Shown here: positions 1 to 10,431 of the stretch, piece after piece
Layout of the letters: each line of letters begins with the position of its first letter
Numbering within the stretch: the stretch's first letter is position 1
NCBI GenBank assembly: GCA_948442615.1
Contig: CAOJSG010000004.1
Location: 7,865 to 71,864, forward strand
DNA from: an uncultured Alistipes sp.
GTDB taxonomy: Bacteria > Bacteroidota > Bacteroidia > Bacteroidales > Rikenellaceae
DNA length: 64,000 nucleotides
Direction: 5' to 3'
Notes under the pieces: generated by a model
What the model saw: only the letters and a program-made list of their open reading frames with translations
The model's database searches: none
Told to the model about the DNA's origin: nothing
Translations under genes and position numbers: made by a program

Positions 1-263
1 GAGGCCACCGATCCGATGGCGATCACTACCACGAAGAGCGCCGACAGTGGGTCGAGCATGCCGCGGTCGGTGCCGAAAGGCCCTGCGATCTCCCACAGCG
101 CGACGCGCTGCTCCGCGCCCGACAGAATGCCGACGGCGGGAATCGCGGCCGCCAGCATGCCGGCTGCGACCAATGTCAGGGCGGTCCAGGACTTGGCCCG
201 CACGGGGACGGCGAAGATCAGCCCCGCGACGGCCGCCAAAATGAATAATAGGTATAGAGTCAT
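1..263 (-). CDS. Proton-conducting membrane transporter subunit (HyfB/NuoL/MnhD-like), N-terminal part; runs off the window edge
   Basis: Not in the ORF track. Manual translation from ATG 263 gives MTLYLLFILAAVAGLIFAVP...GMLDPLSALFVVVIAIGSVA. It is hydrophobic and has the D-x-L-S-x-x-F motif typical of antiporter-like subunits. Confidence 0.65.
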   Translation of the reverse strand, partial: MTLYLLFILAAVAGLIFAVPVRAKSWTALTLVAAGMLAAAIPAVGILSGAEQRVALWEIAGPFGTDRGMLDPLSALFVVVIAIGSVA

Positions 264-633
264 TTGTCTGTGTTGTGTCTTGTCTTCAAATTGCCGCCCG
301 CCGCGTGCGTGCGCTTCGTACGGCGTCTCTCCGCTTCCGATCCGGCGCAGTGGAGATCCGGTGCGGCTGCGGGCGTCGGGGCGGGGGTTCGCGGCGCTGC
401 GTTTCGGAGCGGCCGCGTATCCGCGGGTTTTGCCGGAGTGATCCCGTTGCCGAGGCCGCGCATCCGCAGGTTCTGCCGGGACCGTCCGACGGGGCGGTGC
501 CGTCGTGCGGCGCGGGGATAGTCCGGCGGGACATACGAAAACACCGTGTTTGTCCGTTGTTCCGTCGGCGGAACGGATCCGCGCGGCAGCCGCCGTCCTT
601 CCGGGGCGACTGCTCCCAGAGGGAGCGGCCGCG

Positions 634-1353
634 CTACTCCGGACCGTTTGCCGCGGCGACCAGCACCGCGGCCACGACGGCCGCCGTTTCGGTCCGCAGC
701 CGCTGGGTGCCGAGCGAGATCTCCTCGAATCCGCAGGCCAGCGCCTGCCGGATCTCCTCGGGCGAAAAGTCGCCTTCGGGCCCGATCAGGATCTGGACGC
801 GCTCGCCCCGGTGCAGCAGCGAGGGCAGGAAACGGCGCCCGGCCTCCGACTGGGGCGCGTCGCAGTGGGCGATGAACCTGCGCCCCTCGAACGGTGCGGC
901 GATCGCCGCACCGAACGGCGTCAGCTCGCGCAGCAGGGGCCGGTAGGCCTTGAGCGACTGTTTCATGGCCGCCGTGACGACCTTCTGGCCGCGCTCGGAC
1001 TTGTACGAGCGGCGTTCGCTGCGGGCCGAGGCGATCGGCACGATCTCGGTGACGCCCACCTCGGTCGCCTTTTCGAGGAACCACTCGAAGCGGTCGGTGT
1101 TCTTGGTCGGCGCCACGGCCATCGTCAGATCGTAGGGCAGCCGGCCGTAGCCGGAGTGCGTCTCCGCGATGCGCACCTTGCATCTGCGGGCGTCGACGAC
1201 GACGATCTCGCAGGCGTGGAGGTTGCCCCGTCCGTCGGTGATATGGATGCGTTCGCCCCGACCGAGCCGCAGCACGCGGACGCAGTGCTTCGACTCCTCC
1301 TCGCCGAGCGTGTACTCGGGCGGGGCGATGTCGGGCGCATAAAATAGTTGCAT
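634..1353 (-). CDS. rsmE: 16S rRNA m3U1498 methyltransferase RsmE
   Basis: HCVRVLRL, EKATEVGV, IGPEGDFS and LRTETAA motifs. Confidence 0.96.
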   Translation of the reverse strand: MQLFYAPDIAPPEYTLGEEESKHCVRVLRLGRGERIHITDGRGNLHACEIVVVDARRCKVRIAETHSGYGRLPYDLTMAVAPTKNTDRFEWFLEKATEVGVTEIVPIASARSERRSYKSERGQKVVTAAMKQSLKAYRPLLRELTPFGAAIAAPFEGRRFIAHCDAPQSEAGRRFLPSLLHRGERVQILIGPEGDFSPEEIRQALACGFEEISLGTQRLRTETAAVVAAVLVAAANGPE

Positions 1354-1381
1354 GGAAGTCGCGAATTCTAAACTTTAATAT

Positions 1382-1389
1382 TAACTTTG
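1382..1389 (+). promoter_or_regulatory. Bacteroidota sigma-70 -7 box (TAACTTTG) for the first M3 peptidase; divergent box TACCTTTG on the minus strand at 1461-1468 for rsmE
   Basis: Matches the TAnnTTTG consensus in an AT-rich divergent intergenic region. Confidence 0.6.
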
Positions 1390-1487
1390 CCGCAAAGACG
1401 GACGTACCGGAGCCGATCGGGGCCGCCGGAACGCCGGTCAGGGTGCGGAAAAATTTTCCGCAAAGGTATATAAAATAACAAAAATCC

Positions 1488-3695
1488 ATGAGACGTTTCG
1501 CAGGATTCTTGCCCCTATTGTTTGCGATTATGGCTTTCAGCGGTTGCAAAACGGTGAAAAACAGCGATGAAAATCCCTTTTTCACCGAATGGGACACTCC
1601 GTACGGGGTGCCGCCTTTCGACCGGATCGCTCCGGAGCATTTCATGCCGGCCTTCGAGCGCGGCATGTCGCTCCATGCGGCCGAGATCGACGCCATCGTG
1701 TCGAACAACGATGCGCCCACGTTCGAGAACGTGATTCTGGCTTACGACGCTTCGGGGCGGATGCTGGCCCGGACCGAACTGGTCTTCGGGATGCTCTGCG
1801 CCGCGGAGACCGACGAGCGGATGCAGGCCATCGAAGCGCAGACGGCCCCCCTGCTGGCGGCCCACGCCGACCGCATCCTGCTCGACGAGCGTCTCTTCGC
1901 CAAAATCAAGGAGGTCTACGACCGGCGTGCGACGCTCGGGCTCGATGCCGAGCAGAGCCGGCTGCTGCAGAAGACCTACGACGCGTTCGTGCGGGCGGGC
2001 GCCCTGCTCGACGATACGCAGAAACAGCGCCTGAAGCAGATCAACGAAGAGCTGTCCGGCATCGGCGTGCAGTACGGCAACCACATCCTGGCCGAGAACA
2101 ACGCTTTCGTGCTGGAGCTGGCGAGCGGCGATCTGGAGGGGCTGCCCGCCGGAGTCCGCGACGCCGCCAAGGAGAAGGCCGAGGCGATGGGCCGCAAGGA
2201 CAAATGGGTCTTCACGCTGCACAAGCCCAGCCTGATTCCGTTCCTGACCTACTCGGCGCGGCGCGATCTGCGCGAACAGATCTACAAGGCTTATCTGAAC
2301 CGCTGCAACAATGGCGATGCGAACGACAACAAGCAGCTGGTCAACGATTTCGTCCGGCTGCGTACGGAGAAGGCCCGCATGCTGGGCTACGACTCCTATG
2401 CCGACTACGTGGTGTCCGACCAGATGGCCGGGACGACCGAGGCGGTCTATGCGCTGCTCGACGAGATCTGGACGCCGGCGCTCGACCGCGCCAAGGCCGA
2501 ACTGGCGGAGATGGACGAACTGCTGCAGCGCGACCAGCCCGGTGCGACGTTCGAGTCGTGGGACTGGTGGTACTACGCCGAGAAGGTGCGCAAACAGAAG
2601 TATGCGCTCGACGAGGAGATGCTGCGCCCCTATTTCGCGCTGGAGAACGTGCGCAGCGGCGCATTCTTCCTGGCCAACCGGCTGTACGGCATCACGTTCC
2701 GGCCGATCTCCGTGCCGGTCTATCATCCGGAGGTGACGGCCTACGAGGTGCTCGACGCCGACGAGTCGCACCTCGGGGTGCTCTACTTCGACTTCCATCC
2801 GCGCGACGGCAAGAGCCAGGGCGCGTGGTGCGGCAACTACGTGGAGCAGACCTACGAGAACGGCGTGCGCGTGGCTCCCGTGGTGTCGGTCGTCGCCAAC
2901 TTCACGCGGCCGGCCGGCGGCGATCCCGCCCTGCTGACGCTGGACGAGACCGAGACCCTGTTCCACGAATTCGGCCATGCGCTGCACTTCCTGTTCCACG
3001 ACGTGAAGTACCGCGGACTGACCGAGGTCGAGGGCGATTTCGTGGAGCTGCCGTCGCAGATCATGGAGAACTGGGCGTTCGAACCCGAACTGCTGCGCCA
3101 CTATGCCGTGCACTTCCGCTCGAGCGAGGTGATCCCAGACTACCTGGTCGAGAAGCTGCGCCGCAGCGAGCTGTTCAACCAGGGATTCGCCACCACGGAG
3201 CTCGTCGCGGCGGCGCTCACCGACATGGACATCCACTCGCTGACGGCCTACGAGCCGTTCGACGTGGAGGCCTTCGAAAAACGGGCGCTCAACGAACGCC
3301 GGGGGCTGATCCCGCAGATCGAGCCGCGCTACCGCTACCCCTACTTCTCGCACATTTTCGACGGCGGCTACTCGGCCGGATATTATTTCTATACGTGGGC
3401 CGAGGTGCTCGACAAGGATGCCTTCCAGGCGTTCAAGCAGAGCGGTGACCTCTTCAACCGGCAGATCGCCGACCGTTTCCGCCGCAAACTGCTGGCGCGC
3501 GGCGGCTCGGAGGAGGGGATGTCCATGTACCGGGCGTTCCGCGGCGCCGACCCCGACAAACGGGCCATGCTTCGCAGCCGCGGGCTGTGGAACGGTCCCG
3601 ACGAGGAGATGTCGGAGGACGGGGCGGCGGCGACGTACGACCTGGTCCGGGAAGACGACTTCGAGCGCGGAGGGACGCCCGAGGCGGCCGAATGA
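1488..3695 (+). CDS. M3 family metallopeptidase (peptidyl-dipeptidase Dcp-like), lipoprotein
   Basis: HEFGHALH zinc motif, DFVELPSQIMENW, FSHIFDGGYSAGYY; lipobox-like FSGC. Confidence 0.93.
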   Translation: MRRFAGFLPLLFAIMAFSGCKTVKNSDENPFFTEWDTPYGVPPFDRIAPEHFMPAFERGMSLHAAEIDAIVSNNDAPTFENVILAYDASGRMLARTELVFGMLCAAETDERMQAIEAQTAPLLAAHADRILLDERLFAKIKEVYDRRATLGLDAEQSRLLQKTYDAFVRAGALLDDTQKQRLKQINEELSGIGVQYGNHILAENNAFVLELASGDLEGLPAGVRDAAKEKAEAMGRKDKWVFTLHKPSLIPFLTYSARRDLREQIYKAYLNRCNNGDANDNKQLVNDFVRLRTEKARMLGYDSYADYVVSDQMAGTTEAVYALLDEIWTPALDRAKAELAEMDELLQRDQPGATFESWDWWYYAEKVRKQKYALDEEMLRPYFALENVRSGAFFLANRLYGITFRPISVPVYHPEVTAYEVLDADESHLGVLYFDFHPRDGKSQGAWCGNYVEQTYENGVRVAPVVSVVANFTRPAGGDPALLTLDETETLFHEFGHALHFLFHDVKYRGLTEVEGDFVELPSQIMENWAFEPELLRHYAVHFRSSEVIPDYLVEKLRRSELFNQGFATTELVAAALTDMDIHSLTAYEPFDVEAFEKRALNERRGLIPQIEPRYRYPYFSHIFDGGYSAGYYFYTWAEVLDKDAFQAFKQSGDLFNRQIADRFRRKLLARGGSEEGMSMYRAFRGADPDKRAMLRSRGLWNGPDEEMSEDGAAATYDLVREDDFERGGTPEAAE

Positions 3696-3784
3696 CGACC
3701 CGCAGGGCCGGTGCGTCCCGGCTGCCGTACGGCGGCTGGGGTCGGTGCGTCCGGATGACGAAGAGACCAAACATACCGAAGAAT

Positions 3785-5902
3785 ATGAAAAAAGTATTGA
3801 TTGCCATGACATTCGCAGCCATGGCAGCCGGTTGCGGGAGCGATAAGATGCCCGTGGCCCAGCTGCCCGAAATCGACACCTCGAACCCGCTGCTGGCCGA
3901 GTGGGATACGCCTTATGCCACGCCGCCCTTCGACCGGATCGAACTGGCGCACTATGCGCCGGCCTTCGAGACGGCCATCGCATGCTCGCGCGCCGAGGTG
4001 GAGGCCATCGTGAACAATCCGGCCCGGCCGACCTTCAAGAACACCATCGTGCCGCTCGAACGGCAGGGGGCGCTGCTCAACCGCATCGCCGGCGTCTTCT
4101 ACAACCTGCTGTCGGCCGATACGTCGGACGAGATGCAGCAGATCGCGCTGGAGATCCAGCCCAAGCTGACCGAACTCTCGAACGACATTTCGCTTGACCC
4201 GGAGCTCTTCGCCCGCGTCGAGGCGGTCTACAAACATCCGGGATGGGGTCTGTCGCTCGAAGACAAGAAGCTGCTGGAGGATACCTACAAAGGCTTCGCA
4301 CGCAGCGGCGCGGCGCTTTCCGATGAGGACAAGGAGCTGTACCGGCAGTATACCACCGAACTTTCGGCGCTGACGCTGCAATTCGGACAGAACTCGCTCG
4401 CGGCGACCAACGCCTTCACGCTCAACATCACCGATCCGAAGGCGGTGGCCGAGCTGCCCGCGTTCGTGAAGGAGGGTATGGCCGCCGAAGCCAAGGCCCG
4501 CGGCGAAAAGGGGTGGACGGTGACGCTGCAGCACCCGAGCTACCTCCCCTTCATGACCTACTCCTCGAACCGCGAGCTCAAGGAGAAGCTCTGGCGTGCG
4601 TCGAACTCCAAGGCCCTGGGCGGCGAATTCGACAACACGGAGAATATCAAGAAGATCGCCAACCTGCGGCTGAAGATCGCCAACCTGCTCGGCTACGACT
4701 CCTATGCCGACTACGTGCTCGAAAACCGCATGGCCGAGAACGCCGCCACGGTGAACGCCTTCCTGGCCGAACTGCTCGACGCCACGAAGGAGTATGCCGA
4801 CAAGGACTACCGGATGATCGCCGACTACGCCGCGTCGCTCGGTTTCGAGGGCGAGCTGATGCCCTGGGACTGGGCCTACTATACCGAGAAGTACAAGGAC
4901 GAGAAGTATGCGCTCAGCGACGAGGTGGTGAAACCCTATTTCAAGCTGGAGAACGTGAAGAAGGGCGTCTTCATGCTGGCCAACAAGCTCTACGGGCTGA
5001 ACTTCACGCCCGACGAGTCGATTCCGGTCTACCATCCCGACGTGACGGCCTACGACGTGACCGACGAGGAGGGCAGGTTCGTGGCGGTGCTCTATCTCGA
5101 TTTCTTCCCCCGGGCCTCGAAGCGCGCCGGAGCGTGGATGACCGAGTTCCGCGGCACGAAGACCGTCGACGGCGCGGAGACCCGTCCGCTGGTGTCGCTG
5201 GTGATGAACTTCACCAAACCCACCGAGACGACCCCGTCGCTGCTCACGTTCGACGAGGTGGAGACCTTCCTGCACGAGTTCGGCCACTCGCTGCACGGCA
5301 TGCTGGGCCAGGGTACCTACGAGTCGCTGACCGGTACGAACGTTTACCGCGATTTCGTCGAACTGCCGTCGCAGATCATGGAGAACTGGGCCACCGAGAA
5401 GGAGTTCCTCGACCTGTGGGCCGTGCATTACCAGACGGGCGAGCCGATGCCGGCCGAGATCGTGGAGCGGATCGTCGCGGCGCAGAATTATCTGGCGGCC
5501 TACGCTAACGTGCGCCAGCTCTCGTTCGGAATCACCGACATGGCCTGGCACAGCCTGACGGAGCCTTTCGAGGGCGACGTCGAGGCGTTCGAGGTGGCTT
5601 CGATGGCTCCCACGCAGGTGATGCCCGTGGTGGCCGGCACGGCGATGGCTCCGTCGTTCACCCACATCTTCTCGGGCGGTTATGCGGCCGGGTACTACGG
5701 TTACAAGTGGGCCGAGGTGCTGGAGGCCGACGCCTTCTCGCTCTTCAAGGAGAAGGGGATCTTCAACCGCGAGGTCGCCGATTCGTTCCGCGAGAATATC
5801 CTCTCGAAGGGCGGTACGGAGCATCCGATGAAGCTCTACGTGGCGTTCCGCGGCCATAAGCCCGAAACCAAGGCGCTCATCGACAAGATGAACCTGAAAT
5901 AA
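3785..5902 (+). CDS. M3 family metallopeptidase (Dcp-like), lipoprotein; second tandem paralogue
   Basis: HEFGHSLH, RDFVELPSQIMENW, FTHIFSGGYAAGYY. Start reassigned to MKKVLIAM at 3785, which has the signal peptide and AAGC lipobox. Confidence 0.93.
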   Translation: MKKVLIAMTFAAMAAGCGSDKMPVAQLPEIDTSNPLLAEWDTPYATPPFDRIELAHYAPAFETAIACSRAEVEAIVNNPARPTFKNTIVPLERQGALLNRIAGVFYNLLSADTSDEMQQIALEIQPKLTELSNDISLDPELFARVEAVYKHPGWGLSLEDKKLLEDTYKGFARSGAALSDEDKELYRQYTTELSALTLQFGQNSLAATNAFTLNITDPKAVAELPAFVKEGMAAEAKARGEKGWTVTLQHPSYLPFMTYSSNRELKEKLWRASNSKALGGEFDNTENIKKIANLRLKIANLLGYDSYADYVLENRMAENAATVNAFLAELLDATKEYADKDYRMIADYAASLGFEGELMPWDWAYYTEKYKDEKYALSDEVVKPYFKLENVKKGVFMLANKLYGLNFTPDESIPVYHPDVTAYDVTDEEGRFVAVLYLDFFPRASKRAGAWMTEFRGTKTVDGAETRPLVSLVMNFTKPTETTPSLLTFDEVETFLHEFGHSLHGMLGQGTYESLTGTNVYRDFVELPSQIMENWATEKEFLDLWAVHYQTGEPMPAEIVERIVAAQNYLAAYANVRQLSFGITDMAWHSLTEPFEGDVEAFEVASMAPTQVMPVVAGTAMAPSFTHIFSGGYAAGYYGYKWAEVLEADAFSLFKEKGIFNREVADSFRENILSKGGTEHPMKLYVAFRGHKPETKALIDKMNLK

Positions 5903-5927
5903 AACCGCAGCCGACCGTTGCGGCGAG

Positions 5928-5963
5928 GGCGGAAGTGCGAATGCGCACTTCCGCCTTTTTTTT
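5928..5963 (+). terminator. Intrinsic terminator
   Basis: GGCGGAAGTGCG/CGCACTTCCGCC stem followed by T8. Confidence 0.85.
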
Positions 5964-6219
5964 GCGGACCGGACCCGGGAGTCCTTCCGCTGCGGAAATG
6001 CGGGGCGGTCTGTCGGTAGCTCCGTGTCTCGTATTCCGGCACCTCGTGCCGGCGCGGACGGTCCGATGTCCGGCCGCAACTGCGGCCGACGAATCAGGCC
6101 GGGCGGCGGCGATAAAAACATAAAAAGTTGCTAATTCGTTTTAGCAATCGATTATTTTCATATATTTGCATGCGGGTACGCTGCTTTCCCTGTCGCGAAC
6201 ACTAATCCGAACCGATAAT

Positions 6220-8202
6220 ATGACTATGAAAAAACTTCTTCTGTTGGCGGTTGTCCTCCTCGCCGGACCGCTCGCACGGGCCGGCCGGCAGGTGCAGGTC
6301 GTCTCGCCGGACAAACGCATTCGTTTCACGCTCGATGTCGCTCCCGAAGGCATCGCCTACGACGTCGCGGCCTACGGCCGTCCCGTGATCGGGGGCGGAC
6401 GGCTGGGATTCGAGTTCGACAGCGGGGCGTTCAGCCGCCGTCTGCAGGTCGGCCGCGTCGAACGCCGCCGCATCGACGAGACCTACCGTCTGATCGTGGG
6501 CAAAACCTCCGAGGCCCGCGCCTGCGCCAACGAGGCTCGGATTCCGCTCGTCGAGCGCGAAGCGCCGTTCCGCCGCATCGATCTGGTGGTGCGGGTCTTC
6601 GACGAGGGGGTCGGCTTCCGCTACGAGTTCCCGGAGCAGGCGGGCTGGAGCGCCTATACGATGTACGACGAGCTGACGACCTTCGATCCGGCGGGCGATC
6701 CGCTGGTGCTGGCGCTGCCGCTGCCCTCCTACACCTCCACGCACGAGGGGCTCTACACCGAGGCCCGCTACGCCGCGCTGCCCGAAAACCAGTTGTTCGA
6801 CATGCCTGCGACCTTCGACTTCGGCGACGGCCTCTTCGCGGCCGTGACCGAAGCCGCCGTGCGCGACTATGCCGGCATGTACCTTTGCCGCGAAGAGGGG
6901 CGGCTCGCGGGCAAGCTCTCGCCGCTTCCGGGCCGCGGGCGGGTGAAGGTGGTGGCCGACTCGCTGCCGCACCGCACGCCCTGGCGCACCGTGCTGATCG
7001 GCCGCTCGGAGGGCGACCTGATCGAGAGCGACCTGCTGACACACCTGAACGACCCCTGTGCGTTCGACGACACGTCGTGGATCGCGCCGTGCAAGACGAC
7101 CTTCACCTGGTGGAACGGCAATGTGGTGCCCGACCTGGACTTTTCGCCGGGCAACAATTTCGAGACGAACAAGTACTATATCGACTTCGCCGCCCGCCAC
7201 GGCATCGATCTGCACGGCATCTACGGCTATGCCGAGACTCCGTGGTACTACGACGACGGGTTCAACTTCGGGTGGCCCGGGCCGCATGCCGACGCCACGC
7301 GGCCCATCCCCTGTCTGCAGATGGAGCGCATCGCCGACTATGCGCGCGGCAAAGGGGTCGGGCTGCATCTCTGGGTCCACTGGAAGGCGCTCTACGAGCG
7401 GCTGGACGAGGCGATGGCCCTCTACGAACGCTGGGGCGTGCGGGGCATGATGGTCGATTTCATGGACCGCGACGACCAGGAGATGATCCGTATCCAGGAG
7501 CGGATCCTCCGCGCCGCGGGCCGTCACCGGATCTTCATCCAGTTCCACGGGGCCAGCAAACCCTCGGGGCTGCACCGCACCTATCCCAACGAGTTCACGC
7601 GCGAAGGAACGCTCAACTACGAAGTCTGCAAATGGGCGCGGCAGGTGACCCCCGACCACGACGTCTCCATCCCCTTCGCCCGTATGCTGGCCGGTGCCGC
7701 GGACTACCATCTGGGCGGCTTCCGGGCCGTGCGCCGGGCCGATTTCGAGCCTCACTACGTCAATCCGACGGTGGTCGGCACGCGGTGCCACATGCTGGCG
7801 ATGTACGTGGTGCTGGAGAACTACCTCGGGTCGCTCTGCGACAATCCGATGGCCTACGAGGGAGCGCCCGGCTTCGAGTTCCTCACCGCGGTGCCGCAGA
7901 CGTGGGATCGGACGCATGTGGCTGCGGCGCGGCTCAACCGCTACGTCGCCGTGGCGCGCCGCAGCGGCGAGGAGTGGTACCTCGGGGCGATCACGAACCG
8001 CGAGGCGCGCGAGCTGGAGATCGATCTCGGCTTTCTGGGCGAGGGCCGCTACAGGGCCGAGATGTGGCTGGACGAATCCGATCCGGAGGCCGACCCGAAC
8101 CGGCTGGTCCGTCGCGTGTCGACGGTCGGACGGGGCGACCGGCTGGTGCTGCCCCTCGCGGCGGACGGCGGCGCGGCGGTGCGGTTCGTGCCGGAGCGGT
8201 GA
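6220..8202 (+). CDS. Glycoside hydrolase family 97 (SusB-like), secreted
   Basis: Signal peptide MTMKKLLLL; DEGVGFRYEF, KYYIDFAA, VDFMDRDDQ, HRTYPNEFTREG and VARRSGEEWYLGAI; TATATTTG box at 6161-6168. Confidence 0.92.
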   Translation: MTMKKLLLLAVVLLAGPLARAGRQVQVVSPDKRIRFTLDVAPEGIAYDVAAYGRPVIGGGRLGFEFDSGAFSRRLQVGRVERRRIDETYRLIVGKTSEARACANEARIPLVEREAPFRRIDLVVRVFDEGVGFRYEFPEQAGWSAYTMYDELTTFDPAGDPLVLALPLPSYTSTHEGLYTEARYAALPENQLFDMPATFDFGDGLFAAVTEAAVRDYAGMYLCREEGRLAGKLSPLPGRGRVKVVADSLPHRTPWRTVLIGRSEGDLIESDLLTHLNDPCAFDDTSWIAPCKTTFTWWNGNVVPDLDFSPGNNFETNKYYIDFAARHGIDLHGIYGYAETPWYYDDGFNFGWPGPHADATRPIPCLQMERIADYARGKGVGLHLWVHWKALYERLDEAMALYERWGVRGMMVDFMDRDDQEMIRIQERILRAAGRHRIFIQFHGASKPSGLHRTYPNEFTREGTLNYEVCKWARQVTPDHDVSIPFARMLAGAADYHLGGFRAVRRADFEPHYVNPTVVGTRCHMLAMYVVLENYLGSLCDNPMAYEGAPGFEFLTAVPQTWDRTHVAAARLNRYVAVARRSGEEWYLGAITNREARELEIDLGFLGEGRYRAEMWLDESDPEADPNRLVRRVSTVGRGDRLVLPLAADGGAAVRFVPER

Positions 8203-8387
8203 CCGGCGTGCGTTTGACCGAAACGGGGAGGGCACGGCAGGCGCGCCCTCCCCGTTTTGCATGGAGCGGATGCCGGACGGCCGGCGCCGGCATTTCCCGC
8301 CGGTGCGGATCGTCTGTGCTGCGGACTGGCAGCCGTCGCTGCGGGCGCCTCGGCCGGTGCGGGGCTCCGGACAGACCGTCGGAAACG

Positions 8388-8421
8388 AAAAAGGCCGAAG
8401 CGTTGCGCTTCGGCCTTTCTT
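8388..8421. terminator. Bidirectional terminator between GH97 and tRNA-Gln
   Basis: AAAAAGGCCGAAGCG-TTG-CGCTTCGGCCTTTCTT hairpin. Confidence 0.8.
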
Positions 8422-8422
8422 G

Positions 8423-8493
8423 TTGAGCTACCTGGATTCGAACCAAGAATAACAGGACCAGAATCTGTTGTGTTACCATTACACCATAGCTCA
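8423..8493 (-). tRNA. tRNA-Gln (CTG)
   Basis: Reverse complement folds as a cloverleaf: TGAGCTA/TAGCTCA acceptor stem, TTCTGGT anticodon loop, GGTTCGAATCC T-arm. CCA is not encoded. TACTTTTG box on the minus strand at 8511-8518. Confidence 0.95.
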
Positions 8494-8630
8494 ATGACGT
8501 TTTGGTGATGCAAAAGTAGAACTTTATTTTGCAATTGCAAAGAAAAATCCGAAAAAAAACGTATATTTGTTTTGAACTTTTTCGGCACGAAAATCGCAGG
8601 AACTGTAAAATTACGATAAATCAATAAGTT

Positions 8631-10016
8631 ATGGGAATCAAGTTTCGCCTCACCGTGATGAACTTTCTTCAGTTCGCCGTGTGGGGTTCGTATCTGGTGT
8701 GCATCGGCAATTTTCTCGGCCGCGTGGGGCTGGGCGATTACATCGCGTGGTTCTATGTGGCGCAGGGCGTGGTGTCGATCTTCATGCCGGCCGTCATCGG
8801 CGCCCTGGCCGACAAGCTCGTGGAGCCGCAGCGCCTGCTGGGCATTTCGCACCTCACGGCCGCGGCCTTCATGCTGCTGGCCGCCTGGTTCGGCTACGAG
8901 GCTACGATGCAGACCGCCGCGGGGCTTCCGACCGCCATCGGGCCGATCTTCGCGGCCTACTGCCTGAGCGTGGCCTTCTACATGCCGACCATCGCCCTGT
9001 CGAATACCGTGGCCTTCTCGATCCTCAAGCGCAAAGGCTTCGACACGGTGAAGGATTTTCCGCCCATCCGCGTCTTCGGTACCGTCGGGTTCATCGCGGC
9101 CATGTGGTTCGTCAACTTCGTCGGGTTCGGCGGCGCCGGCATCCGGACCGAGGAGCTCGCGAGCGGCGAGAAACTCGTGCAGCTGATGCCCATGGCGGCG
9201 CAGTTCACCTACATGCAGCTCGTCGTCTGCGGGGCGCTCGGGGTGCTGCTGGGCGTTTACTCGTTCACGCTGCCGCACTGCCCGCTCGACCGTTCGGCCT
9301 CCACGGAGCGCAAGACGCTGGCGCAGCGGCTCGGACTGGATGCCTTCGTGCTGTTCAAGCAGCGGAAGATGGCGCTCTTCTTCGTCTTCTCGATGCTGCT
9401 GGGTGTCTCGCTCCAGATCACCAACGGATACGCCACACCTTATATAAACAGCTTCGCCGCCACGTCGAAGAGCTGGTTCGCGGAGAATCCGACCCTGCTG
9501 GTCTCCGTCTCGCAGGTTTCGGAGGCGCTCTGCATCCTGTTGATTCCCTTCTTCCTGAAGCGGTTCGGTATCAAGCGGGTGATGCTCATGGCCATGTTCG
9601 CCTGGGTGCTGCGTTTCGGATTCTTCGGCATCGGTTCGACGGAGACGACGGTGGGCGTCGCGCTGCTGTTCCTGTCGTGCATCGTCTACGGCGTGGCGTT
9701 CGACTTCTTCAACGTCTCGGGGGCGCTCTTCGTCGAGCAGGAGGCCTCGAAACCGATGCAGGCGAGCGCCCAGGGGCTTTTCATGCTGATGACCAACGGC
9801 ATAGGCGCGTCGGTCGGCACGTGGATCGCCGGGAAGATCGTGAACCGCTATTGCGCCTGGGAGGGCGGCTATCTGCTCGCGCGCGAAGGCGTGGAGGGCG
9901 GCTGGACCGCCACATGGCTGATCTTCGCCGGGTATGCGCTCGTGGTGGCTGTGGTTTTCGCCGCGGTCTTCCGCTATCGGCACGACCCGGTACGCATGGG
10001 CGAGGTGCGGCATTAG
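8631..10016 (+). CDS. Nucleoside:H+ symporter (NupG/XapB-like MFS)
   Basis: MNFLQFAVWG, YMPTIALSNTV, FPPIRVFGTVGFI and QASAQGLF motifs; many hydrophobic segments. Confidence 0.9.
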   Translation: MGIKFRLTVMNFLQFAVWGSYLVCIGNFLGRVGLGDYIAWFYVAQGVVSIFMPAVIGALADKLVEPQRLLGISHLTAAAFMLLAAWFGYEATMQTAAGLPTAIGPIFAAYCLSVAFYMPTIALSNTVAFSILKRKGFDTVKDFPPIRVFGTVGFIAAMWFVNFVGFGGAGIRTEELASGEKLVQLMPMAAQFTYMQLVVCGALGVLLGVYSFTLPHCPLDRSASTERKTLAQRLGLDAFVLFKQRKMALFFVFSMLLGVSLQITNGYATPYINSFAATSKSWFAENPTLLVSVSQVSEALCILLIPFFLKRFGIKRVMLMAMFAWVLRFGFFGIGSTETTVGVALLFLSCIVYGVAFDFFNVSGALFVEQEASKPMQASAQGLFMLMTNGIGASVGTWIAGKIVNRYCAWEGGYLLAREGVEGGWTATWLIFAGYALVVAVVFAAVFRYRHDPVRMGEVRH

Positions 10017-10038
10017 ACCTTCGCGTCCCGGAGGGGCG

Positions 10039-10088
10039 GCCGAGCGGGGAGGTGCGATCTTCGAATCGCACCTCCCCGCTCGGCTTTC
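10039..10088 (+). terminator. Long hairpin terminator
   Basis: Perfect 20-bp stem GCCGAGCGGGGAGGTGCGAT/ATCGCACCTCCCCGCTCGGC followed by TTTT. Confidence 0.8.
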
Positions 10089-10431
10089 GTAGTCTGCACT
10101 CCCGTCTTGCCGTGTCCCGCGGGCGGGTCGATGCGTGCCTTTTCCGCTCGGAAGGGTGCGGAGCCGGAAAGTGCGCGGAGATGCGCTGCTGAGATGCGTT
10201 GTGGGATTGCGAGGAGTGGGCGGCGCTTCGCGGATGCCGGGGCGGTCCGCCGACCGGCCGCTGCGTCTGTTTCTGCGTCGAACGGCGTTTTGTGCGGCGG
10301 TTCTGCACGGCAGATGCGGCCGTCGTCCGATGCGGCGACGGGCGATGAATGGCGGCGAACGGCCGTCGTCGAAAGCGCGCCGGTGTCCGCCGCACTTCGC
10401 CGGCGGGCCGGATGCCGCGCCCTGTCGTACG

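Noticed and set aside
8423-8493. tRNA-Gln as an integration site
   Set aside because: Flanks have host-like GC, there is no integrase, and no duplicated 3' end was seen
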